A stretch of 64,000 nucleotides of DNA from an uncultured Smithella sp. (GTDB lineage: Bacteria > Desulfobacterota > Syntrophia > Syntrophales > Smithellaceae): the NCBI GenBank assembly GCA_964400795.1, contig CAYNWA010000001.1, positions 69,313 through 133,312 of the forward strand, in the 5' to 3' direction. Made by a program: the position numbers and the translations under genes. The notes beneath the pieces are model-generated. The model was given only the letters and a program-made list of their open reading frames with translations. It had not been told where the DNA came from and did not search any database. This document shows positions 1-9,616 of the stretch, piece by piece (within the stretch, counting starts at the first letter, position 1; every line of letters starts with the position of its first letter).

Positions 1-1123
1 TTTGCGGATGATTGGCACACTCAAATTCTTCCACATGACTTTCAGGATAGTTGTCAATAATAACACGCAGGGGTCTGAGAACGCACATCGCTCTGGGGGC
101 ATCCTCATTTAAATTTTCACGGACGCAGTGCTCCAGCAGGGCTACGTCAATCAGGTTGTCGTTTTTGGCCACGCCGATCTGAGCGCAGAAATTACGAATT
201 GCCTCCGGAGCATAGCCGCGGCGACGCATTCCCGAAACCGTGGGCATACGTGGGTCATCCCATCCCCGAACGTATTTTTTTTCCACCAGTTCAATCAACC
301 GACGCTTGCTGAGTACGGTGTAACTCAGATTGAGACGGGCAAATTCAATCTGCCGCGGGCGCGGTCCGGTGATGAGCCGTTCCACTATCCAATCATACAA
401 CGGACGGTTGTTTTCGAACTCCAGCGTGCAGATGGAATACACGATTCCTTCCAGCGCGTCGGAGAGACCATGCGCGAAGTCATACATCGGATAAATAACC
501 CACTTTGTACCTGTACGGTAATGAGGCTCACGCTTGATACGGTACAGTACCGGATCACGCATGACAACGTTAGAAGACGCCATGTCAATCTTGGCGCGCA
601 GGGTATGGGCGCCGTCGGCAAACTCGCCGGCTCGCATCCTTTGAAACAAATCGAGATTTTCGTCCACCGAGCGATTGCGAAAAGGGCTGTCTTTTCCCGG
701 TTCGGTAAACGTTCCTCTTTGCTCCCGTACTTCATCAGGACTAAGGCTGCATACATAGGCATTGCCGGATTTAATCAGTTCAACTGCAAACTGATAAATT
801 TTCTCGAAATAGTCGGAGGCATAAAAAAGTCGATCGTCCCAGTCAAATCCCAGCCAGCGGATGTCGTTGATGATGGATTCCACATATTCCATGGACTCTC
901 CCGCCGGATCGGTATCATCAAATCTTAAATTACATGTTCCGTGATACTGTTCGGCAATACCAAAATTAAGACATACGGACTTTGCATGTCCGATATGTAT
1001 ATAGCCGTTCGGTTCCGGCGGGAAACGAGTAGCCACTCTTCCGTCATTTCTGTTCGTTTTCAGATCGTCATCAATGATATCACGGATAAAATTAGAAGGA
1101 TCCGATGTGGACGCCTGTGACAT
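1..1123 (-). CDS. glnS: glutamine--tRNA ligase (GlnRS), about 374 N-terminal codons; the 3' end lies beyond the window edge
   Basis: Absent from the ORF track because it runs off the edge. My reverse-strand translation from the ATG (cat at 1121-1123) reads [57 protein letters not shown]..., which carries the class I HIGH motif. Further on it reads [13 protein letters not shown], a KMSKS-type loop. The + ORF 128..928 is its antisense shadow. Confidence 0.9.
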   Translation of the reverse strand, partial: MSQASTSDPSNFIRDIIDDDLKTNRNDGRVATRFPPEPNGYIHIGHAKSVCLNFGIAEQYHGTCNLRFDDTDPAGESMEYVESIINDIRWLGFDWDDRLFYASDYFEKIYQFAVELIKSGNAYVCSLSPDEVREQRGTFTEPGKDSPFRNRSVDENLDLFQRMRAGEFADGAHTLRAKIDMASSNVVMRDPVLYRIKREPHYRTGTKWVIYPMYDFAHGLSDALEGIVYSICTLEFENNRPLYDWIVERLITGPRPRQIEFARLNLSYTVLSKRRLIELVEKKYVRGWDDPRMPTVSGMRRRGYAPEAIRNFCAQIGVAKNDNLIDVALLEHCVRENLNEDAPRAMCVLRPLRVIIDNYPESHVEEFECANHPQ

Positions 1124-1214
1124 ATGGTTTCAAACTCCTTGAACTCAATAAATTCGTACTGATACCTATAATATTTACGGAAATATATCAAGGGCACAGC
1201 GTCAATCAGCTCTG

Positions 1215-1246
1215 CAAAAAAAATCCCGCCGTGGATAAGCGGGATT
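1215..1246 (-). terminator. intrinsic terminator after the 1290..1898 gene
   Basis: On the minus strand the stem is aatcccgc / gcgggatt (8 bp, 1222-1229 pairing with 1239-1246). It is followed by a run of U (A-run 1216-1223 on +), about 45 nt after the stop codon. Confidence 0.6.
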
Positions 1247-1289
1247 AAATTATTATCCTTGACTGACTTCTTCCATAAGTTAAGCAAAA

Positions 1290-1898
1290 TCAATATTCAG
1301 CAGGCTCAACTTTTCCATCCGTCATGATCTTGGTTAGTACCCAGGCCATATTGTAAGCGGCGGACTGCATCCGTCCGCTGAAACTGGCGCCCCACGCGTG
1401 CGTAAAGGGATTACCGGAAAACGTGCTGACATTCACGACGCCCGAAAATAATTTCTGGCCGTCGGCAACATTGGTAAATGTTATTTTGCAAACATATTCA
1501 TCCGGTCTGCCCGTCCAGTAATTCCAGTTCAGATTAATTTTTGTCACCGCGACTTCTGCGACTATACCTGTGGCAGGTTTATCAGTGCCTTTTATCACGG
1601 TTACTTTTTTATTGGAATTGGATTCCTTTAACAAGATGGGAAAGGAATCGGCAAAGGCTTGAGGAACCTGGTTTTTATCGTTATCCCAATCTGCATTATT
1701 GGTATAGCCTAAATCTTTCGGATTAATCGCGCTGTAATCAATGGGCAGAACACTAAACTCCATACTGGCTTTAATTTGGGCGGAAACCGTCTGTGGCTGT
1801 TCCATTGTTTTATAGTACGCGCCGGCGTAGGCCAAAGACGTACAAAGTAAAATATAAATACCAATAACAACGGATATTATCTTTAAAGAACTTTTCAT
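1290..1898 (-). CDS. exported hypothetical protein (signal peptide, unknown function)
   Basis: Track ORF 1290..1928. The internal ATG at 1898 (MKSSLKIISVVIGIYILLCTSLAYA|GA) has an AGAGGGGG RBS just upstream and gives a typical Sec signal peptide. I recognise no catalytic motif. Confidence 0.6.
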   Translation of the reverse strand: MKSSLKIISVVIGIYILLCTSLAYAGAYYKTMEQPQTVSAQIKASMEFSVLPIDYSAINPKDLGYTNNADWDNDKNQVPQAFADSFPILLKESNSNKKVTVIKGTDKPATGIVAEVAVTKINLNWNYWTGRPDEYVCKITFTNVADGQKLFSGVVNVSTFSGNPFTHAWGASFSGRMQSAAYNMAWVLTKIMTDGKVEPAEY

Positions 1899-2206
1899 TT
1901 TATGCCCCCTCTTGTTTGACATTTTCATATTTTATTAATAGTTAACTTCTTTTTTTCAGTTTTTTATCAGTTATTCTCTAAATTTTCTATTTATTTTTTT
2001 ATGATACAATTACCAAAAAAAACTTGCTTAACATCTTCTTGACATAAGAATGTATTTCTTATAATTTTTCCATCGAAGAAAGTAAGTTCTTCGCTAATGA
2101 ATCCGGTTCTCTTAATTCAAAGCATTTTTTCCATTTTTAAGCGAATATTATAACATTGCATGCTAATATAAAAGCGAGGACAAGATATTAAAAAACATTT
2201 CCGGTA

Positions 2207-3913
2207 ATGCGTATGCAAGATCATATTTTAAAGGAAGCGGTAAAAGCTCTTTCGAACCAACCGGCGGAAGAAGCTAAAAAATTATTCACTTATATCCTTA
2301 CATCCAGCAAGAACCTTTCGTTGTATCCTGAAAATCACAGTATCTGCAGGGATTCCATTAATCAATTATACGAAAAGCTGGTAAATTATATCCGTAAAAA
2401 CGGGGATGTCACCATTGAAATAGAAAGAGACCGGGTACTTTGTCAGGGGGTAGAAGTCAGCACCGGATTATCGGAAGAAGGAACTTTTCCTCACATCCTA
2501 TTCCGGGACGGCATTGGGTGGCTGCAATTTACCGAAGGCATTGAACTGGAAGAACTCAGCCAGGTATTATCCATCATCCATCAATATGCGGCATCGGTCG
2601 CAGAACCTCAGGGAGATATCGTAACTGACTTCTGGGAGGCTCGTTTCGAACATGTGCAATATCAGGCCGACGATTTCTTTTCAGAAAAAGTACCGGACGA
2701 AGGTGAATATTTTCCCAAATCGGACAACACTCCTTCCGCGCCGGAAACGGAAACCACCCTCTCGTCACAGGACAAACCTTTTCTTTTCGGAGGTCTTGAG
2801 ATTGATTCGTCCGCTTTTGAGACCAGCCCCCGCGAGGAAGTCATCTTGCAGGAAATGGTTCTCAGAGAGGAAACGTCCTCAACCGGGGAACATCTGAATA
2901 TGCTTCTGGACATGCTTTTTCAGTATGAAGAAGAAACTGATTTCAATGTCCTTCTGGAAGTATTTGCTGAAGAATTCAAAGGTTCTTTTGACCGCCATGA
3001 TTTTGAAGCCATCCTGATTATTCTTGACGGGCTGCGTAAAGTTCTGGACAGTAAACGACTGGAAGCGCCCTGGGCAGGTGAACTTCTGGAAGCCTTTTAC
3101 AATGAAATCTGCTCTGATGCGGATTCGCTGAAACAACTGGAGAATATCTGGAACACCCTGGATGTTCGGCAGATGGAAACGCTCAGGAAAATATTTCATC
3201 ATTTGCATTCGCCGGTAGTCGGCGTTCTGGCCAATCTCCTGCTCGTTCAACAACCGGAGGCCCATGAACGGATTGTGGAGGATGCAATTTTCTCCCTGGT
3301 CGGTAAGGATCCTAAATGTCTGGAACAGCTGATCAATGATTCAGACGAAAAGGTCGTTGCGAAACTTTTTCCCGTCATATCCCGACTGGATCCGGATGAA
3401 TCTTTGAAACAATTGATGAAACTCACCAAGCATTTGTCAGTTTCAATTCGGCGTAAAGCCATCAGAGCGATTCTGGATATTGACAGCAATATCATATTAA
3501 AAATGTTTGATTTAATAGACGACAAAGATCCGTCCATTCGTCGGATGATTCTGACACAGATGGGCAAGTCCCGAAAAACAACATCGGAAAATTATCTGCT
3601 TGAATATCTTCAAAACAAAAAATTTGGCGACGGACAAAGCGAGCATATTATAGACTGCTTCAAAACGCTCGGGAAATGCGGTTCTTCAAAATCCGTCCCT
3701 TTTCTCAGTAAAACTCTGATGAATGTGGAATGGATGTCCGGATCGAAAACTGCCCTTTACCGTGAGGGCTCGGCCATCGCCCTGGCCGCACTGGATATAC
3801 CGGAAGCACAGCAAATTATTGATAAGGCGGGAAAAAGTTTACGCCCCGGTCTGCGCAAAATAGCGCGTGACGCCGAGAAGGGAATTCTCCATAACCGTAA
3901 AGGAGGCAAATGA
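2207..3913 (+). CDS. HEAT-repeat protein with an N-terminal module shared with the downstream HD-GYP protein
   Basis: 568-aa ORF. The C-terminal third has HEAT/PBS-lyase-like repeats (DEKVVAKLFPVISRL..., SVSIRRKAIRAILDI..., DKDPSIRRMILTQMGKS). The stop lies within a few nt of the next gene's start. Confidence 0.6.
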   Translation: MRMQDHILKEAVKALSNQPAEEAKKLFTYILTSSKNLSLYPENHSICRDSINQLYEKLVNYIRKNGDVTIEIERDRVLCQGVEVSTGLSEEGTFPHILFRDGIGWLQFTEGIELEELSQVLSIIHQYAASVAEPQGDIVTDFWEARFEHVQYQADDFFSEKVPDEGEYFPKSDNTPSAPETETTLSSQDKPFLFGGLEIDSSAFETSPREEVILQEMVLREETSSTGEHLNMLLDMLFQYEEETDFNVLLEVFAEEFKGSFDRHDFEAILIILDGLRKVLDSKRLEAPWAGELLEAFYNEICSDADSLKQLENIWNTLDVRQMETLRKIFHHLHSPVVGVLANLLLVQQPEAHERIVEDAIFSLVGKDPKCLEQLINDSDEKVVAKLFPVISRLDPDESLKQLMKLTKHLSVSIRRKAIRAILDIDSNIILKMFDLIDDKDPSIRRMILTQMGKSRKTTSENYLLEYLQNKKFGDGQSEHIIDCFKTLGKCGSSKSVPFLSKTLMNVEWMSGSKTALYREGSAIALAALDIPEAQQIIDKAGKSLRPGLRKIARDAEKGILHNRKGGK

Positions 3914-5358
3914 TCATGTCCGCTCGTCAACATATTTCGGAGGAACTGGGACATGATTTTCTCAATGCCTTTTATCATATGGTTACAACCGCCCGTAATT
4001 ATCAGGACAATAATCAACTGATCCGGAACAGTGTGCGTTCATTTAAATCTCTTCTTGATAAAATAATGACCGGTGGAGAAACCAGTCTTCTTCTCTGGAG
4101 AAGCCGTTTTTATCTTGGAGGAGAAAAACTTCCCTATCGCAGGGAAGCATCCAGTATTACGAACAGCATGATAGAGTATTTTGCAAGGCGAGGTATTGAA
4201 AGTTTCAATTTTCTGGAATCATCGCGTGATGCTTCACCGGAAGACATTCTTATTTTTACACGTCTGCTCAATGACGCCGTAAAATCTAAAGATTCACATT
4301 CGTGGCTGGCACAGAAACTGCTGGAGCACGATTTTTCCTGGGTGCAGGTATTCAAAAAACAGGAAGATGACGGGAAGGATTACAGTGAAAGCCAGGAAGA
4401 AAAGCGTTATCAGAAAGCCCGCAATACCTATTATCACGCCGTCGCAACGGTTAAAGACGTCGCCGCCAAAGCTGCAAAAGGCATGGTGGGAGTGCGCAGG
4501 AGCAGGCGCCTTGCGCAGAATATTGTTGAACTGATTCAGGAGGACGAGGCCTTGATGATCGGAATGACCACCATCAAGGAATTTGACGATTACACCTACG
4601 CCCATTCCGTCAATGTCGCCCTGCTGGCAACCTGTCTGGGAATGCACATCGGATTGTCGGATGTTTCACTGGAACACTTGTCCATTTGCGCCCTTTTCCA
4701 CGATTTGGGAAAGGTGGGTGTTTCCAAGGACATTCTGCTCAAAAAAGGACGGTTGACCGAAGGCGAATGGAATAAGATGAAAACCCATCCTTTGATCGGT
4801 GTCCGGAAAATTCTCATGCTGAATGCCTCATCGTCTTTGCGATCAAGGATCATCCTGGGTCCGTTTGAACACCATTTGAATCTGGACATGACCGGTTATC
4901 CGCGAACCCTGTTCGTGACACAGCTGAGCCTGATGGGAAAGATTCTGCACATAGCCGACGTTTACGAAGCATTGACGGCCGAAAGGAATTACCGGCCGAT
5001 GTCCTATACGCCGGATGAAGCGCTGAAAAAAATGTGGAGTGAGGCGGGAAAAAGTTTTGATACCATCCTGTTAAAACGTTTTATTAAAATGATGGGGGCC
5101 TATCCCATCGGCTCCGTTGTGGAACTTCATGACGGCAGTTTCGGTCTGGTGATGGATTATCCCGATCAATCAGAACGTCGGCTGCCCCTTATTTTACATC
5201 TGATCCCTGAAGGAAACGAGACATGGAAACGCGGAGACATGATTTATCTGGCCGATCAAACCGTCAGGAAGCCTTCGGAACAACTGACTATCGTCCGGAC
5301 GATTCCACCTTCCCAACTGCGCATCACTCCCGCAGATTTTTTCCTGCGTTTAAAATAA
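3910..5358 (+). CDS. HD-GYP domain protein (putative c-di-GMP phosphodiesterase)
   Basis: Motifs HSVNVALLA, ALFHDLGK, HHLNLDMTGYPR and IADVYEALTAERNYRP are characteristic of HD-GYP. AGGAGG lies at 3901-3906. The start is either ATG 3910 (ATGA overlap) or ATG 3916. Confidence 0.85.
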   Translation: MIMSARQHISEELGHDFLNAFYHMVTTARNYQDNNQLIRNSVRSFKSLLDKIMTGGETSLLLWRSRFYLGGEKLPYRREASSITNSMIEYFARRGIESFNFLESSRDASPEDILIFTRLLNDAVKSKDSHSWLAQKLLEHDFSWVQVFKKQEDDGKDYSESQEEKRYQKARNTYYHAVATVKDVAAKAAKGMVGVRRSRRLAQNIVELIQEDEALMIGMTTIKEFDDYTYAHSVNVALLATCLGMHIGLSDVSLEHLSICALFHDLGKVGVSKDILLKKGRLTEGEWNKMKTHPLIGVRKILMLNASSSLRSRIILGPFEHHLNLDMTGYPRTLFVTQLSLMGKILHIADVYEALTAERNYRPMSYTPDEALKKMWSEAGKSFDTILLKRFIKMMGAYPIGSVVELHDGSFGLVMDYPDQSERRLPLILHLIPEGNETWKRGDMIYLADQTVRKPSEQLTIVRTIPPSQLRITPADFFLRLK

Positions 5359-5406
5359 ATACAAATATTGAATTTCAAAAAGAGAAGTCGCCTGTATCCC
5401 TGTTTA

Positions 5407-6942
5407 CTAAAAAGGGAATTCTTCAGGGACAGCGTTCTTTTGCCGGCCAGGAGTATCCTGGGCAAACGTCTTTACCGCTTTTTTATGAACAGAATTCGGC
5501 CGCACAACAATGGATTTTGGATTGGTGGGACATGCTTTTGAACACGCGCCACAGCCGATGCAGTACCGGTTGTCGACGATGGGATAAAGGATGTTACCTT
5601 TATTAATAAATGTGATTGTTTTAGTCGGGCAGACTTCCACGCACGCGCCGCAATTCTGATGGTTGATGTAAACCACACATTTATCCTTCAAGAGATCAAC
5701 CTTCCCTATTTGAGTGATTTTTTTTCCCTCCATAGTAAGCGGCAATATGGCGCCTGTGGGACATACCTTGCCGCATACGTTGCATTCATATTCGCAAAAG
5801 CTATCCGGATAATTCATTTTCGGCTGCAGCAATCCGCCGATACCATATTCCAACAATGACGGCGCAAGGACTTTTGTCGGACAGGCGCTCACGCAGAGAT
5901 GGCAGGCGCTGCATGATTGCGTGAAATGTTCCAGACTGACCGAACCGGGCGGGGTAATCGGCGGGGCCGCAGAGGCATGAGCTGTACGTATAAGATGGCG
6001 GATACCGGAATAATACAGGGACAATATATAACCCGCGGCCACTAGGGAACCGATCATCACACCCCGTCGCGCCGGCGACCAGGTATCCCCTTTTTTCTTC
6101 CATACGAACGGACGATAGCATATAACCGATTGCGGGCAAGTGGATATGCAATTAAAACAACCGACGCACCGGCTCTGATCGATCACAGCCTTTTCCGTAT
6201 CAATGCAACCGGCCTTGCAGACACCGGCACAGCTTAAGCACGCATTGCATCCGGTTTTATCAATCGTAAACTTAAAAAATGATACACGCGAGATCAATCC
6301 CAACAGCGCTCCCACCGGACAAAGTGTATTGCAATAAAGACGGCCGTATCTTAACGACAGGATTACAATCAAAATAAAAAAAACGCCGTTGACCAGTAAA
6401 ACTGTAAAAATCAACGGAACCGTATCTTTAGAAAAATAATAAATATGAAAATATTTCATCAATCTTACCGCCGTATTATTCATCCATAAAAATAATGGCA
6501 GGATAAACTGTGTAATCATCCTTCCCAGAAGAGAATAAGGATCAAAAAGACTCAGCAGCGACATTGAACCCAGGGACGCGGTCACAATGACCGCGCCGAG
6601 CAGGAAATATCGCAGCAGATTACGCGGTTTTTGAAAAGTATGTTTTCTTCTCCAGCCGATCTTCCGGGAAAAAGCGATAAAAAAATCCTGCAGTGTTCCC
6701 AGCGGACAGAGAAATGAGCAATAAACCCTACCGAAAATCATTGTGACGATAATCACGAAAACAAATCCGGCCATGAAAATGACTTCCGGGTTTGTTAAGA
6801 TTCTGATGATCGCGGGAACAAACTGGAAAGGCAGTATTGTTGAGGACAAGACAGTAGATATTTTTTCCGGGCCGCAAAATAACAACAAAAACAATGAAAA
6901 AATGAAGAGAGAAAATGCAATGCGGATTCTGGCAAGATTCAA
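5407..6942 (-). CDS. membrane-bound polyferredoxin (NapH/MauN-like 4Fe-4S protein)
   Basis: 511 aa with several hydrophobic segments and multiple CxxCxxCxxxCP clusters (CNACLSCAGVC, CVGCFNCISTCP, CSACHLCVSACP, CNVCGKVCP, CGACVEVCP, CIGCGACSKACP). The apparent start is TTG, 6 nt after the upstream stop. Confidence 0.75.
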   Translation of the reverse strand: MNLARIRIAFSLFIFSLFLLLFCGPEKISTVLSSTILPFQFVPAIIRILTNPEVIFMAGFVFVIIVTMIFGRVYCSFLCPLGTLQDFFIAFSRKIGWRRKHTFQKPRNLLRYFLLGAVIVTASLGSMSLLSLFDPYSLLGRMITQFILPLFLWMNNTAVRLMKYFHIYYFSKDTVPLIFTVLLVNGVFFILIVILSLRYGRLYCNTLCPVGALLGLISRVSFFKFTIDKTGCNACLSCAGVCKAGCIDTEKAVIDQSRCVGCFNCISTCPQSVICYRPFVWKKKGDTWSPARRGVMIGSLVAAGYILSLYYSGIRHLIRTAHASAAPPITPPGSVSLEHFTQSCSACHLCVSACPTKVLAPSLLEYGIGGLLQPKMNYPDSFCEYECNVCGKVCPTGAILPLTMEGKKITQIGKVDLLKDKCVVYINHQNCGACVEVCPTKTITFINKGNILYPIVDNRYCIGCGACSKACPTNPKSIVVRPNSVHKKAVKTFAQDTPGRQKNAVPEEFPF

Positions 6943-6948
6943 CTTGTT

Positions 6949-7908
6949 TTACCTTGACATGGTATAGGTAACAATTTTCAGCTGGTTTAAGTTCATGTTG
7001 CCCGTTTTCTGCTGATGCCCTATCTTAATGTAGCCGATGTCTTCCGGATTCCTGCCGAAAATTTTTGTTGCCGCGGCATCTACCGCGACGATGTCTCTCG
7101 AAACCAGCAATGTTTTTTTCAATGCGACATCAGCCTCTCTGGCGTCGCGCGGCCCATCAGGGCCATCGCTCATCAGCACGCGATAAGCATCCACAATGTT
7201 GAGGTCTGGTTTTTTATACAGGCAGAAATCGGCAATGCACTGATCCAAGCCGCTGATATGATAGATCATGCGGTTTTTAACAATGCCCATCAGGTTTTTC
7301 ATGGCAATGGATAGATGCGCGGAACTGTGATGTTTTAATACCGGCACGTTGATCAAGACATCGGCATCAAGAACCAGACGGTGAACTTCCGCCGTCTTCA
7401 ACGTTTTTGCTCCCGCTATGGTTATCGCGCGATAACTGAAATCATCCGCCGGCACTATGATTCCGCCTGCCGCCCGAGCGGCATCTTCAATCCCGCTGAG
7501 CTGATAACAAGTCCGCGAATTGCCCGATGTCGGCATGACGACATTGTCGAAAACGTAAACCTTTTTCGCACCGGCCTGATAACAACTCTCAATGATGGTT
7601 TTAACAAGAAGCGGATTGGTCGTGGCGCCGACTTCCGGTTTTCTCGGAAAACCGATATTGGGTTTGACGACAACGGTCTGGCCGTTCCGGACGAACTGCC
7701 CCATACCGCCCATTAGCGCGATGGCTTTCTTAAACATGTCATCGGGTTCTCCGTTTTTGACGGCAACAAGATCGGGAATAGTTTTAATAGTTTCCTTGGC
7801 AGACAGAAAATCTGTTTTACCGAGAATGACGGCTCCCCCGGCGGCAAGACCGAGCGACAAACCTTTTTTCAGAAATTCCCGGCGATCCGTTTTCTGCATC
7901 TGAGTCAT
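6949..7908 (-). CDS. DUF362-like protein with a twin-arginine (Tat) signal
   Basis: Track ORF 6949..7980. The ATG at 7908 has an AGGA RBS and gives MTQMQKTDRREFLKKGLSLGLAAGGAV, which is a Tat motif. The body resembles DUF362 (VVVKPNIGFP..., NVPVLKHH...). Confidence 0.7.
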   Translation of the reverse strand: MTQMQKTDRREFLKKGLSLGLAAGGAVILGKTDFLSAKETIKTIPDLVAVKNGEPDDMFKKAIALMGGMGQFVRNGQTVVVKPNIGFPRKPEVGATTNPLLVKTIIESCYQAGAKKVYVFDNVVMPTSGNSRTCYQLSGIEDAARAAGGIIVPADDFSYRAITIAGAKTLKTAEVHRLVLDADVLINVPVLKHHSSAHLSIAMKNLMGIVKNRMIYHISGLDQCIADFCLYKKPDLNIVDAYRVLMSDGPDGPRDAREADVALKKTLLVSRDIVAVDAAATKIFGRNPEDIGYIKIGHQQKTGNMNLNQLKIVTYTMSR

Positions 7909-8075
7909 ATCATCCTGAAATTTTGCAAAAAATGGTGTTCTTAATGTTTGTAATATATGAAAAATGAATAGGGATGTCAATCGGATATAAACCTTCTATT
8001 TGACGGTGATTTCGATGATGAAGATTTGTCGGCAAAATTATGGTAATATACACATAAATTTGATTGGATGAAAGT

Positions 8076-8891
8076 ATGAACCGGATAATTTACAAATCGA
8101 ATAATCCTGGCAAAGGCGGCTTTTTGAACACCTCACCACAATTTGCGCCGGGAAAAAGTTTCCAAAGTTTGTTCGTCTGCTTGAAACCCTCATTTTTTAT
8201 CGCCATGAGTTGTTTGTCGTTGTTTACGCTGAATTGTCAGGCCGATGTTGAAAAGGATTATGCTTCTGCAAAAGAAAGAATGGTTGTCGAGCAGATTGAG
8301 GCCAGAGGGATTCAAGATTCAAAAATACTTCAGGCCATGAGAAAAGTGGAACGCCATTTATTTGTACCGGATTGGATTCGCGAAAGTTCTTACGAGGACC
8401 ACGCCCTGCCCATCGGAGAAGGACAGACCATTTCTCAACCCTATATTGTCGCTTTGATGACGGAAGTCATTAAACCCCGGCCCGATATGAAGGTGCTTGA
8501 AATCGGCACGGGTTCAGGCTATCAGGCCGCAATTCTGGCTGAAATTTGTAAGAGCGTTTACACGATAGAAATTATCAAAATACTGGGAAGACGCTCCGAA
8601 CAGATTCTCAAAAAGTTTTATAAAAACGTGCATGTCAGAATTGGAGACGGTTATCAGGGATGGCCGGAAGCCGCACCTTTTGACGCGATTCTCGTCACGT
8701 GCGCGCCGACAAAAGTTCCTCAACCTCTTGTGGATCAACTCAAAGAAGGGGGTAGAATGGTTATTCCCGTGGGGCAATCAAGCGTGCAGGAATTGTACGT
8801 GCTCACAAAGCAGAACGGACAACTCCAACAACAAACCATTATCCCTGTCCTATTTGTACCCATGGTGGACCGAAAAGGTAAAAAGTATTAA
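8076..8891 (+). CDS. pcm: protein-L-isoaspartate O-methyltransferase with a signal-peptide-like N-terminal extension
   Basis: Motifs QTISQPYIVALMTE, VLEIGTGSGYQAAILA, DGYQGWPEAAPFDAILVT and GGRMVIPVG match Pcm. The track start 8064 is TTG and the first in-frame ATG is 8076, so the start is uncertain. A hydrophobic stretch SFFIAMSCLSLFTLNCQA precedes the domain. Confidence 0.85.
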   Translation: MNRIIYKSNNPGKGGFLNTSPQFAPGKSFQSLFVCLKPSFFIAMSCLSLFTLNCQADVEKDYASAKERMVVEQIEARGIQDSKILQAMRKVERHLFVPDWIRESSYEDHALPIGEGQTISQPYIVALMTEVIKPRPDMKVLEIGTGSGYQAAILAEICKSVYTIEIIKILGRRSEQILKKFYKNVHVRIGDGYQGWPEAAPFDAILVTCAPTKVPQPLVDQLKEGGRMVIPVGQSSVQELYVLTKQNGQLQQQTIIPVLFVPMVDRKGKKY

Positions 8892-8950
8892 TAGATGAAT
8901 GTCGCAAAACATTTTTTGATTAAAATTTTTTTCAAGTGAACCTTATTAAC

Positions 8951-9370
8951 TCATTTAAATTTTTCTTCGTTAATTTGAGTCAGAATCCATAATGGCATGT
9001 CTTTCGCTTCCCTGCTAACGTTCTTTTGTTTCCATGAGATATAATTCTCAATTTTTTCTACTGCTGCTTTAGGCGTATTGAAGAATTCCACGCCGGCCTC
9101 ATAACATTTATCCTCAAAGACGATTTTGATCCACTTGACTTTGCCGAGAATGGTTATCTGTTTTTGCAGCGCCTTCAATGTGAGATCTATTTTGAGGAGA
9201 GTATCGACGGGGAAGAGAATATTCCCCCTAATTTTCGTACCAGACACAGAAATATCCTCGCTGTAAATATCGACTGTTTTCTCTTTAGGAAGATTCTTTC
9301 CTCCGGCAATGACCGATATGGTTATCTCGTTTAATTCCTCCAACCGCCGCCTTTCCCTTTTTTCTACCAT
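8951..9370 (-). CDS. PilZ domain protein (c-di-GMP receptor type)
   Basis: 139 aa. The N-terminal RERRR (RxxxR) and the downstream DISVSGTKI (D/NxSxxG) are the two PilZ signature motifs. Confidence 0.7.
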   Translation of the reverse strand: MVEKRERRRLEELNEITISVIAGGKNLPKEKTVDIYSEDISVSGTKIRGNILFPVDTLLKIDLTLKALQKQITILGKVKWIKIVFEDKCYEAGVEFFNTPKAAVEKIENYISWKQKNVSREAKDMPLWILTQINEEKFK

Positions 9371-9616
9371 GACAACTTTAATTCCTCCTTTTCAAATCCG
9401 GATTAGCCGTCTTTTACATTTCACGTTGGAACCTCTTTGTTTTTTTTAATTTAATTAATAAAATCCCTCGTGTCAAGAAAATATAAGCCATTGATATAAT
9501 TAGATAATGACAAACAAAAAGGTTATTAATTGCAATATTAATATATAATTTATATACTGAAAAAAATTAATTTTAAAATCGCATCATATTGTTTAACAAA
9601 TAAATAATTCTAAACA

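Noticed and set aside
128-928. 266-aa + strand ORF in the track
   Set aside because: It lies entirely antisense to a textbook GlnRS reading frame (HIGH and KMSKS-type motifs on the minus strand) and has no recognisable motif. It is a shadow ORF.
8993-9007. Sigma54-like element TGGCAT-N5-TCGC
   Set aside because: It lies inside the PilZ coding region, antisense to it. The -12 element is imperfect and no downstream + strand gene is positioned to use it.
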